NCBI GenBank assembly: GCA_965277405.1
Contig: OZ255726.1
Coordinates: forward strand, 1,344,001-1,408,000
Direction: 5' to 3'
Length of the DNA stretch: 64,000 nucleotides
Source: Gammaproteobacteria bacterium
Lineage (GTDB): Bacteria > Pseudomonadota > Gammaproteobacteria > G965277405
Made by a program: the position numbers and the translations under genes. Below, piece by piece: positions 49,158 to 60,092 of this stretch. The notes under the pieces are model-generated. The model had not been told where the DNA came from and did not search any database. It saw only the letters and a program-made list of their open reading frames with translations. Each line of letters begins with the position of its first letter. Position 1 is the first letter of the stretch.

Positions 49158-50626
49158 TGGTTGATCGAATTAGCGGAGTCGCGCTTACATTTGATGATGT
49201 TTTGCTCGTCCCTGCATACAGCGAAGTAGTCCCCAGTGCAGTTTCATTAACAACCAAACTGTGCAGCAAAATTGAGTTGAGTATTCCAATGCTCTCTGCG
49301 GCAATGGACACTGTTACTGAATCTGGACTAGCGATTGCCTTAGCACAAGAAGGTGGTCTTGGTATTATCCACAAAAACTTATCAATACAGCAACAAGCAG
49401 CAGAAGTCCGTCGGGTTAAAAAGTTTGAAAGTGGCGTTATTCGAGACCCAATCACGATTGACCAACACGCTCCAATCTCGGAGTTGCATGCCATCCGTAA
49501 ACGCTTCGGTATTTCAGGTGTGCCAGTCATTGACGCTGCAAATAATAGCCAAGTTGTTGGCATTGTCACCCAACGTGATGTGCGGTTTTCAACTGATGCC
49601 AAGCAGGTTGTGAGTGCAATTATGACCCCTGCTGAAAAATTGATAACGGTTGGCTGTAACTTCACCATGGCAGAAGCACAGGAAAAAATGCACGCTAATC
49701 GGATTGAAAAAGTCATCGTTGTTGACGATCACATGCAACTGATCGGGATGGTTACGGTGCGAGATTTATTGAAGCATACTATGTTCCCCAACGCCTGTAA
49801 AGATGAACACGGCGCCTTGCGCGTTGGAGCGGCGATTGGCATTGGCGCAGAGAGTCAAAAACGTGCAGAAGCAATTGTCGCGGCAGGTGTTGATGTATTA
49901 GTTGTTGATACCGCGCACGGACATTCACGCAACGTTATAGAAACTGTGTCGTACATGCGCAAGAAGTTTGCGTCGGTGAATCTTATAGCTGGGAATATTG
50001 CTACCGCAGACGCCGCACTGCGCATGGCTGATTGTGGAGTTGATGCGGTAAAAGTTGGTATTGGTCCAGGTTCAATTTGTACAACAAGAATTATTTCTGG
50101 TGTTGGCATGCCACAGATTAGCGCGGTTAGCCAAGTGTCTGCAGCATTGGTAGATAGCAGCGTGTTGGTGATTGCAGACGGTGGAATTCGCTATTCTGGG
50201 GATATTGCTAAAGTGATTGCCGCAGGAGCACATTGTGTCATGGTTGGTAGTTTACTTGCTGGCACGGATGAATCTCCTGGCGAATTTGAGCTATACCAAG
50301 CCCGTTCATACAAGCAATATCGTGGTATGGGTTCGCAAGCGGCAATGAAACAAGGTTCGAGCGATAGATATTTTCAAGAAGGTTCAGAAACAGATAAATT
50401 GGTACCAGAAGGCATTGAAGGTAGAGTACCAGCAAAAGGACCGTTAAAAGGGGTTGTCCACCAGTTGATGGGCGGAGTGCGCTCGTGCATGGGCTACACT
50501 GGTTGTGCCACAATTGATGAGTTGCGCACCAAGACCAAGTTCGTGCAAATTACCAATGCTGGGATGAAAGAAAGCCATGTCCACGATGTCCAAATTACTA
50601 AAGAATCTCCGAATTATCATGTATAA
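49157..50626 (+). CDS. guaB: IMP dehydrogenase
   Basis: [20 protein letters not shown] domains, [26 protein letters not shown]. Confidence 0.96.
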   Translation: MVDRISGVALTFDDVLLVPAYSEVVPSAVSLTTKLCSKIELSIPMLSAAMDTVTESGLAIALAQEGGLGIIHKNLSIQQQAAEVRRVKKFESGVIRDPITIDQHAPISELHAIRKRFGISGVPVIDAANNSQVVGIVTQRDVRFSTDAKQVVSAIMTPAEKLITVGCNFTMAEAQEKMHANRIEKVIVVDDHMQLIGMVTVRDLLKHTMFPNACKDEHGALRVGAAIGIGAESQKRAEAIVAAGVDVLVVDTAHGHSRNVIETVSYMRKKFASVNLIAGNIATADAALRMADCGVDAVKVGIGPGSICTTRIISGVGMPQISAVSQVSAALVDSSVLVIADGGIRYSGDIAKVIAAGAHCVMVGSLLAGTDESPGEFELYQARSYKQYRGMGSQAAMKQGSSDRYFQEGSETDKLVPEGIEGRVPAKGPLKGVVHQLMGGVRSCMGYTGCATIDELRTKTKFVQITNAGMKESHVHDVQITKESPNYHV

Positions 50627-50666
50627 TGACACCTACATTCTGCTAGTTTCTTGCTAACAATGCTTT

Positions 50667-51545
50667 GTGAAAACTGTTGTTGCAGTAGGTAAGTTTGATG
50701 CAGTCCACATCGGTCATCAACAATTATTACAGCGTGCAGTTGCAATAGCGCAAGACACCCAGCAGCAACCATGCGCGCTGACATTTGACCCATTACCCAA
50801 TGAATTTTTTGCGCAGGATGATGCGGCATATTTTAGGCTCTACCCAACGCAGGCGCGCATCAAGCTGTTGCAATATTACGGCGCAAAACAAGTTTTTGTA
50901 CAAGCATTTGATGCGGACTTTAGGAATTTGAGCGCAATACAATTTGTCCGCGATGTGCTGTATCAGCAATACCAATGCAGTCACGTGATTGTTGGTGCAA
51001 ACTTTTCTTTTGGTTATCAAAAACAAGGCAATGCCCAGCTGCTTGAGAGGCTCGGCAAACAATATGATATGGCAGTCACGGTCGTACCTCTTGCCACAAG
51101 CCAGCAACAAGTTATTTCTTCTTCGGTAATTCGCGCGGCGGTGTTACGCAATGAATTTACCCAGGCAGCTGATTTGCTTGGGAGGTCGTATTGTTTTTCT
51201 GGTCAAGTGCGTAATGGTAGTAAACTTGGACGAACGCTGGGTTTTCCAACCGCCAACATTGAATTAGTCCATCGGCTACCGTTCGCCGGTGTATATGCTG
51301 TCACAGTAGCTACTGGCAATACGACACATGCAGGGGTAATGAACTGCGGCAACAGACCAACTGTGGGTGGAACCGCACACATTACCGAAGTGCATATATT
51401 CGATTTTTGCGATGATATTTATGGAGAAACGATAACTATAACTCCGCATACGTTTATCCGCGTCGAGCAAAAGTTTGCATCGGTTGATGCGTTGCAGTTA
51501 CAAATAACAAAAGACTGTCAGCAGGCCAAGCGCATCCTGAGCTAA
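50667..51545 (+). CDS. ribF: Bifunctional riboflavin kinase/FAD synthetase
   Basis: GKFDAVHIGH, ISSSVIR, GRTLGFPTAN, GNRPT, EVHIFDF. Confidence 0.92.
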   Translation: MKTVVAVGKFDAVHIGHQQLLQRAVAIAQDTQQQPCALTFDPLPNEFFAQDDAAYFRLYPTQARIKLLQYYGAKQVFVQAFDADFRNLSAIQFVRDVLYQQYQCSHVIVGANFSFGYQKQGNAQLLERLGKQYDMAVTVVPLATSQQQVISSSVIRAAVLRNEFTQAADLLGRSYCFSGQVRNGSKLGRTLGFPTANIELVHRLPFAGVYAVTVATGNTTHAGVMNCGNRPTVGGTAHITEVHIFDFCDDIYGETITITPHTFIRVEQKFASVDALQLQITKDCQQAKRILS

Positions 51546-51556
51546 CAACGCGGAGG

Positions 51557-51580
51557 AAAAGCGGCACCCAAAGGCGCCGC
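51557..51580 (-). terminator. Terminator between convergent ribF and katG
   Basis: Minus strand GCGGCGCC-TTTG-GGTGCCGC-TTTT. Confidence 0.6.
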
Positions 51581-51610
51581 CTGTTGCCGTATGTACTTAT
51601 TGGAGCAAGA

Positions 51611-53890
<2,280 letters not shown>

Positions 53891-53895
53891 TTAAA

Positions 53896-53932
53896 ATACA
53901 TTGTCTCTATCACTATGATAGTATTTGTCTAT
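53896..53932. promoter_or_regulatory. OxyR binding site
   Basis: ATAC-N7-CTAT-N7-ATAG-N7-CTAT, one mismatch to the ATAG-N7-CTAT-N7-ATAG-N7-CTAT motif, between katG and oxyR. Confidence 0.8.
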
Positions 53933-54118
53933 AACTTGTCGTGCCATAATCTGCCAAGCTACGGTGTATTGTGGGTAATCCATAACCGCCGCAATGATTA
54001 AACTGTGCTTGCCATATGTCCGCAGTAAGTTGTTTGCTTTGCAATATACGGGATACAATATGGTGTTGTGTGCATGCATATTAAGGATTCCTGTGCCATA
54101 CCCACATAACTTAGGCAA

Positions 54119-55006
54119 ATGAATTTTAGAGATCTACAATACATAATTGCTGTTGCTAGTACCTTAAGTTTCAGCAGAGCCGCTGAGGCATGCAATGTCT
54201 CACAGCCATCGTTAAGTATGCAAATCAAAAAGCTAGAGGCTGAGCTTGGCATCCAATTATTTATCCGTAATAATCGCCGTGTACAGGTCTCCGCTATGGG
54301 CAAAATTGTGTTAGATCGTGCCCAGCAAATTTTAACACTCAAGGATGAAATATCGAACTTTGCCCAAGCAAACAACAACGTGTTAAAAGGAACAATAAAT
54401 TTAGGCGCAATTTTGACAGTTGCTCCATATGTGTTTCCAGCAATCATTCAAATAACTGCCGTTGCCGCACCAGATACCACTCTCATCTTAAAAGAAGCCA
54501 AAACTGAAGATTTATTAAAAGGGCTGCTCAGTGAAGAAATCGACGCTGCCATTGTTAGCTTGCCAACAGATGACAATGTGTTTGAAAGCCAAGCATTATT
54601 TACAGACCCATTGTATGTGGCTGTTGCTGCGAGCCATCCTTTGGCAAGTCGGCAGATAATTAGTGCTGGGTCATTAGAAAATGAAGCGCTTATCCTGCTA
54701 GAAGAAGGGCATTGCTTGCGCAAGCAGGCGTTAGAAATTTGCTGTTCAATATCTGCACATGAAAACAAAATGTTGCAAGCGTCCAGTTTAGAAACTATTA
54801 AGAGTTTTGTTTCAATTGGTCAAGGACTCACGCTGATGCCAAGTATTGCTAAAAAAAATAACGATGGGATTTGTTATATCCCGCTGCAAAACAACAGTTT
54901 CTCGCGGACCATTGGCCTTGTCTGGAAAAAAGCATCAGCGAAAGCTGTGTTGATATCGCAGTTATTGGGGCTTATGCATACACTGTATATGAGTGATGCA
55001 GCTTAA
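54119..55006 (+). CDS. oxyR: Hydrogen peroxide-sensing LysR regulator OxyR
   Basis: LysR HTH (FSRAAEACNVSQPSLS); LLEEGHCLRKQALEIC with Cys pair spaced like C199/C208; divergent from katG. Confidence 0.9.
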   Translation: MNFRDLQYIIAVASTLSFSRAAEACNVSQPSLSMQIKKLEAELGIQLFIRNNRRVQVSAMGKIVLDRAQQILTLKDEISNFAQANNNVLKGTINLGAILTVAPYVFPAIIQITAVAAPDTTLILKEAKTEDLLKGLLSEEIDAAIVSLPTDDNVFESQALFTDPLYVAVAASHPLASRQIISAGSLENEALILLEEGHCLRKQALEICCSISAHENKMLQASSLETIKSFVSIGQGLTLMPSIAKKNNDGICYIPLQNNSFSRTIGLVWKKASAKAVLISQLLGLMHTLYMSDAA

Positions 55007-55044
55007 GCAGAGCTTCCTTAAGTTCGTGGATTGTATGCCCTCAA

Positions 55045-55875
55045 TTATGCGGCTACAGTGCGTTGTTTTTGCTTTCCCAATCCAGCGATGCTCAACTCAA
55101 TGGTTTGTCCAGCTTGCAAAAATTGTTGAGGAGACATCCCTAAACCAACGCCAGCAGGTGTCCCGGTAGAGATGATATCGCCAGGCAGCAACGTCATAAA
55201 CTGCGATAAATAGCTGATAATTGTTGCTGGTTTGAAAATCATTTGGTTGGTATTACTCGCTTGCTTGACGACTCCATCAACGCGCAGCTCCATGGCGAGG
55301 TTAGCAACATCTGCTATTTCACCCAGCGGCACCAAATACGGGCCAGTGGGAGCAAAAGTATCGTGTGATTTACCCTTGACCCATTGTCCGCCACGTTCTG
55401 TTTGAAAGGCGCGCTCTGAAACGTCGTTAATCATACAAACACCAGCGACATGGTTAAGCGCGGCTGCTTCGTCAACATATTTAGCTGGTTTGCCAATTAC
55501 AACTCCAAGCTCTACTTCCCAGTCTGTTTTTTGGCTGGTGCGGGGAATTTCGACATTATCATTGGGTCCACAAAGCGCACTTGGCGCTTTAAAAAAAATG
55601 ATTGGCTCGTTAGGAGGTGTGGCGCCTGTCTCTAGCGCATGGTCAGCATAGTTCAGACCGATGCAGATAAACTTGCTTGGCGTTGGGACACACGAGCCGA
55701 TGCGCTGATTTAGCGAAAGTTGTTCAAGTTTGTTCACATCGATGTCTAGGTTGGCTAAATTGCTGAGCACAGCGGGGGTAAAGTCTGCGATTAAAGGGGA
55801 TAAATCATACGCTGTATCGGTATGGAGTACCGCGGGTTTTTCTTGGCCAATTGCGCCGATGCGTAAAAATTTCAT
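55045..55875 (-). CDS. Fumarylacetoacetate hydrolase family protein (likely 2,4-diketo-3-deoxy-L-fuconate hydrolase)
   Basis: CIGLNYADH, DWEVEL, NDVSER, GKSHDTF, TGTPAGVG; fucose-cluster context. Confidence 0.82.
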   Translation of the reverse strand: MKFLRIGAIGQEKPAVLHTDTAYDLSPLIADFTPAVLSNLANLDIDVNKLEQLSLNQRIGSCVPTPSKFICIGLNYADHALETGATPPNEPIIFFKAPSALCGPNDNVEIPRTSQKTDWEVELGVVIGKPAKYVDEAAALNHVAGVCMINDVSERAFQTERGGQWVKGKSHDTFAPTGPYLVPLGEIADVANLAMELRVDGVVKQASNTNQMIFKPATIISYLSQFMTLLPGDIISTGTPAGVGLGMSPQQFLQAGQTIELSIAGLGKQKQRTVAA

Positions 55876-55896
55876 GGTTAGTATTGCTCCGTAGGT

Positions 55897-56643
55897 TTAG
55901 ATATTGGTCCAGCCACCGTCAATAATTTGCGCGGTGCCCGTGGTGTATTGGGATTCATCACTCGCAAGATACAGCACTAAATATGCAATTTCCTCTGCGG
56001 TGCCAAGCCTCCCTAGCGGTTGGCGAGCAAGAAATGCTGCGCGTGCGGCTTGATACCCTCCAGTGAGGGTTTTCCCCATTTCCTGCATCCGACCTTCAAG
56101 AGAAGGGCTCGCGACTGTCCCCGGGCAAATCGCGTTGCAGCGCAGCCCGTCAGTGATGAAGTCAGCCGCGATTGATTTTGTCAAACCAATAATTGCGGCT
56201 TTTGTTGTGCCATAGACGAACCGATTCGGCGCAGCAATAGTCGACGACACTGCCGATGCGATATTGACAATGCTCGATGTTGGTTTGCTGAGTAATTGCG
56301 GCAAAAATGTACGACACATTCTATAGGTTGCGCGCACGTTTAAATCAATAGAAAAGTTAAACTGCTCGTCATCACAATCAAGAATGTTGCCATGGGCAAC
56401 AAAGCCAGCGCAATTTACCAACACATCAAAATCTTGGTGTTGTGTTGCAAGGTGGGTAACAGCGGTTGAGTCGAGGACATCAACGACTTGGGTTTGGCAG
56501 CCGGCAACGCCTTGTAATAATTCTGCGTTGATGTCTGTGGCTAAAACATTTGCCCCTTCTGCGGCGCATAGTTCGGCGCATGCCTTACCAATGCCTTGAC
56601 CTGCAGCAGTAATAAGTACATTTTTATTGGGTAGGCGTGGCAT
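55897..56643 (-). CDS. SDR oxidoreductase (likely 2-keto-3-deoxy-L-fuconate dehydrogenase)
   Basis: TAAGQGIG, NCAG, NRFVYGTTK, CNAICPGTV. Confidence 0.82.
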   Translation of the reverse strand: MPRLPNKNVLITAAGQGIGKACAELCAAEGANVLATDINAELLQGVAGCQTQVVDVLDSTAVTHLATQHQDFDVLVNCAGFVAHGNILDCDDEQFNFSIDLNVRATYRMCRTFLPQLLSKPTSSIVNIASAVSSTIAAPNRFVYGTTKAAIIGLTKSIAADFITDGLRCNAICPGTVASPSLEGRMQEMGKTLTGGYQAARAAFLARQPLGRLGTAEEIAYLVLYLASDESQYTTGTAQIIDGGWTNI

Positions 56644-56711
56644 GGTCAGGCTCTCCTCGAGTATGGTTGCTGGCGTGAATAATTTGTGATGCGGGTCAAC
56701 AGGTGGGGTTG

Positions 56712-57545
56712 TCACCGGTCGAGTGTATAAAACTGCTGAGCAGTGCGAAAAAAAATTGCTTGCTGCTCTGCAAGGGTTAGCTGCTGGCAATAGTATTGCA
56801 ACATTGATAACCAATCATGGTAATTGCACACTAATTTGACCACAGGCCAATCGCTGCCGTACATCAATTTTTTCGCTCCAAATGATTCAAGCAAATAGTC
56901 AAGGTACGGTATCAGCACTTGCACATCAGCAGAGTTGGCTTCAGTCACCAACCCTGAGAGTTTGCAATACACGTTGTCAAGCCTGCTCAGCGGCTGGATG
57001 CGTTGCTGCCATTGCTTAAAACCATCGCTGCTGCAAATATTAGGCTTGGCAGCATGGTCGATGACAATCGGTAACCCAGGGTTGCGCACCGCAAAATGAT
57101 ATAACCCATCGAGCGAGCGCGGGGTGAGCAAGGCATCAAAGGTGAGGTTGTGCGCGACCAACGCATCGATGCTCGGCTGCAACTGCGCAGCGCAAATCCA
57201 AGCGTCATCAGCCATGCTTGGTAACATTGGGCGGACACCTTTTAATGCGCTGGTGGCGGGGAGTGCGTCGAGTTGTTGTTGGACAACTGCTGGCGCATCC
57301 AATGGCAGCCAACCGACAACGCCAGCAATGATGCTGTGCTCAGTAGCAAGCGTTAATAATGCCTGTGTTTCGGCAATACTCGCTGCTGTTTGCACGATAA
57401 CCGTTTGGCTGACCGCTGCAGCCGATTCGCAGGTATAGTCGTGGATTGAAAAGTCACGATATATCTGCGCCAAGTCCACAGTCGGCCAGGCAAAATACGG
57501 CGCGTCTAATCGCCAAACGTGGCAGTGGCTGTCGATGATGCGCAT
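56712..57545 (-). CDS. Amidohydrolase (likely L-fuconolactonase)
   Basis: IIDSHCHVW, GVVGW, IDHAAKP, CKLSGL, GSDWPV. Confidence 0.8.
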   Translation of the reverse strand: MRIIDSHCHVWRLDAPYFAWPTVDLAQIYRDFSIHDYTCESAAAVSQTVIVQTAASIAETQALLTLATEHSIIAGVVGWLPLDAPAVVQQQLDALPATSALKGVRPMLPSMADDAWICAAQLQPSIDALVAHNLTFDALLTPRSLDGLYHFAVRNPGLPIVIDHAAKPNICSSDGFKQWQQRIQPLSRLDNVYCKLSGLVTEANSADVQVLIPYLDYLLESFGAKKLMYGSDWPVVKLVCNYHDWLSMLQYYCQQLTLAEQQAIFFRTAQQFYTLDR

Positions 57546-57546
57546 A

Positions 57547-58566
57547 TTATAATGGCTGGTGTCGGATGTTGTCGATGGCAACATTGGCTTGAATGAGCCC
57601 GTTTTGCTGCAATGCCTGCCAAAGTTGTGGCGGGACAGGTTGGTTAATCCAACCAATATTCTGCTTAAGCTGTGGCAAACTATTGCCGCCAAGCAGGACA
57701 CTGGCAATCGCTGGGTGCGAATGGGCAAAATGGAGCGCGGCTGCGGGGAGTTGGGTGTTGTGGCTGCTGCAGATGGCGGCTAATTGTTCGGCTTTGTCTA
57801 TAATATGTGCTGGCGCTTGTTGATAATTATAGTTGGAACTACTTTTCTCGCTGCTGGCGAGGATGCCAGAATTAAACACCCCGCCGAGCACCACTGCGCT
57901 GCCGTGTTGCTGGCACAGCGGCAATAACGTATTAACAGGGCTTTGTTCCAGCAAACTATACCGACCAGCTAGCAAAAACACATCCCAATGTCCATGCTGC
58001 ATTGCCTCTACGCAGACCTGCCATTCATTCACCCCCAGACCAAACCCCTTAATATTGCCGTTGCGCCGCAGCTCGTCGAGGGCAGTATACCCAGAGGTCA
58101 TCGCGATTGCCATCGTCGCTGGATGGGTGTCGCCGTGGGTGACAGCTCCGATGTCATGGATATACAAAATATCGATAGCGTCAGTCCCCAGCCGCTGGAT
58201 GCTATCGGCATACGAGCGCATGACGCCAGCGTAGCTATAATCAAATATCGGTCGAAATGGCAAAGCATCAACGTAGCAGTCACAACCTTGATGGTGGCTG
58301 TGGTCTGGTGCTAACACCCGTCCTACCTTGGTTGAAAGCTGCCACGGGTCAGCTTGGTCATCAGCTAGATTGCGCAGAAAATCACCAAGTCGCCGTTCGC
58401 TCAGTCCAAAGCCGTATAACGGCGCTGTGTCAAAATAGCGCATCCCAGCATCCCACGCCGCACGCAAAAACTGTGCGGCTTGTTGATCGCTTATAGCTCG
58501 GTATAAATTGCCAAGCGCAGCGCAACCCATGCCCCATACTGGGAGTCGTATTAGCTGTTTCTGCAT
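57547..58566 (-). CDS. Aldo/keto reductase (likely L-fucose / D-threo-aldose 1-dehydrogenase)
   Basis: LGNLY, FDTAPLYGFGLSERRLG, STKVGR, FDYS, LAGRYSLLEQ, GGVFNSGILA. Confidence 0.8.
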   Translation of the reverse strand: MQKQLIRLPVWGMGCAALGNLYRAISDQQAAQFLRAAWDAGMRYFDTAPLYGFGLSERRLGDFLRNLADDQADPWQLSTKVGRVLAPDHSHHQGCDCYVDALPFRPIFDYSYAGVMRSYADSIQRLGTDAIDILYIHDIGAVTHGDTHPATMAIAMTSGYTALDELRRNGNIKGFGLGVNEWQVCVEAMQHGHWDVFLLAGRYSLLEQSPVNTLLPLCQQHGSAVVLGGVFNSGILASSEKSSSNYNYQQAPAHIIDKAEQLAAICSSHNTQLPAAALHFAHSHPAIASVLLGGNSLPQLKQNIGWINQPVPPQLWQALQQNGLIQANVAIDNIRHQPL

Positions 58567-58645
58567 CGATACTATGCTAACAGGAGATTGAAAATTTTTT
58601 ATGAAAAATGTTGGATAATATGTGGCTGCTAAGGCGCGGTTGCAC

Positions 58646-58788
58646 CGTCTTTTGTCAAATATACTTATGGGTTACGGCAATTGCTGTGTTGCATCCCTTG
58701 GCGGATATGCTACGGCATGCGCCAACGAATACATGCACCTTGCAATTGCAGGCAAAGTCGCTCCATCAGCGGCTTAATCAGAGTTTCC
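58646..58788 (+). mobile_element. Degenerate partial MITE (right half)
   Basis: GCTGTGTTGCATCCCTTGGCG...CTCCATCAGCGGCTTAATCAGAGTTTCC followed by CTAG. Confidence 0.7.
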
Positions 58789-58794
58789 CTAGCA

Positions 58795-59037
58795 TCATGA
58801 GCGACTAAAAAGCTGCACCAGCCAACACACACAGCCATAGCAGTGCAATAACAAGGTGCATACCAATACGGCAATAATAAGAGTAAAACAATATCCTATT
58901 GCTAGACTCAATAACGCCTCAACGACACTCCAAATACTCGTTAGCGGCCAAGGAATCCCTATTAGATAGATAAGCGGAAGCATTAACACAATAGCAATCG
59001 TATGAATATATTTATTCAGCAAAATATCAGTAAACAT
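58795..59037 (-). CDS. Hypothetical small hydrophobic protein (80 aa)
   Basis: ORF with two hydrophobic segments between two MITEs; no recognised motif. Confidence 0.3.
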   Translation of the reverse strand: MFTDILLNKYIHTIAIVLMLPLIYLIGIPWPLTSIWSVVEALLSLAIGYCFTLIIAVLVCTLLLHCYGCVCWLVQLFSRS

Positions 59038-59180
59038 GCTTTCGTTATATCACAAGTGGCGTGTTATCAGTAATTTGGATTTATCGGCACTCGATTACGC
59101 GCTTAATCAATCCACTACACCTGACAACAAGATTGCCAACGTTTCGCAGCAAATAGGCAAAAGCATTATCCAAACTCAAA

Positions 59181-59463
59181 GGGACCTCTGATTAACTCGC
59201 TGATGGAGCGAGTTTGCCTGCAATTGCTGATGATTGCAAAGCGCAAACCGCTAAGCGCATGCCGTAGCATATACGCCAAGGGATGCAACACAGCAAGCGC
59301 AGCAATTGCAGCAAACCGTTGTATATTCAACAGAAGGACGGGAAAAAACGCTGCGCTCACGTCGTTGCACTTGATAATACCACCAGTATTATCAAGTGCT
59401 GCGCCTAGTTATCATCAGCGTTTTTTCTCCGTCTCCCCCATCATGGAATTAATTAGAGATTCC
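59181..59463 (-). mobile_element. MITE copy, inverted orientation
   Basis: GGGACCTCTGATTAACTCGCTGATGG...CATGGAATTAATTAGAGATTCC followed by CTAA. Confidence 0.8.
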
Positions 59464-59593
59464 CTAAGGCAACTTGACCGACTCAACATCGCCAACGTTA
59501 TCTATACGGGCTGGCGCCTACGCTAGAGTCGATAATACTCACTACTTGATCGGTTAAGCAAAATTCTCACTAGGCTTGCAGGCAATTATGAGT

Positions 59594-59685
59594 AAAAAAA
59601 ACGCCACAGTAAACTGTGGCGTTCAATAGCATTTTATGATCTAAACCTTGTTAACGGAAAGCTCACATTTTCCAGAGTGCTATAT
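59594..59685 (-). ncRNA. Putative tracrRNA
   Basis: Divergent upstream of cas9; minus strand has an anti-repeat-like ATAGCACTCTGGAAAATGTGAGCTTTCCGTTAACAAG and terminator AACGCCACAG-TTTA-CTGTGGCGTT plus T run; TTGAAA-17bp-TTTAAT promoter just upstream. Confidence 0.7.
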
Positions 59686-59919
59686 TTTCTATTAAAACAT
59701 AAGATGTTGTATATTTCAAGTGGGACTTTGCATTAAAATAAGTAATTCAGCAATTTTTTTAAAATAAGGCAGATGCATTTATTGTGCGTGTTTTTATATT
59801 TGGCACATGAATTTACAAGAGGATCGAGTTAACATTATCGTAATCAGCAGACGATAGCACCATCTGGTCAAGCTAATTACGCCAGTTGGTTGGTATACAC
59901 ATTTATAAAGGAGAAAATA

Positions 59920-60045
59920 ATGAAAATACGTTTAGGCATAGATGTAGGAACAAACTCGCTGGGCTGGGCTGTACTTGAATTGGATGAAAAAAATGAAGTG
60001 ATCCGCACCATTGATGCTGGGGTGCGTATTTTTTCAGATGGCTGA
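59920..60045 (+). other. 41-aa ORF duplicating the Cas9 N-terminus (RuvC-I), with its own RBS
   Basis: MKIRLGIDVGTNSLGWAVLELDEKNEVIRTIDAGVRIFSDG*, preceded by AAGGAG; imperfect direct repeat of 60055-60218. Confidence 0.8.
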
Positions 60046-60092
60046 AACCTAGGTGTTGGTTGGTATACACATTATATTAAGGAGAAAACATA

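Noticed and set aside
59470-59560. Weak nested inverted repeats downstream of the tracrRNA as an attC site or sRNA
   Set aside because: Arms of only 6-9 bp, no integron integrase, compatible with chance.
59885-59910. Duplicated promoter segment acting as a spacer that targets the cas9 promoter
   Set aside because: Bases next to the putative degenerate repeat (the seed) do not match the second copy; duplication explains the identity.
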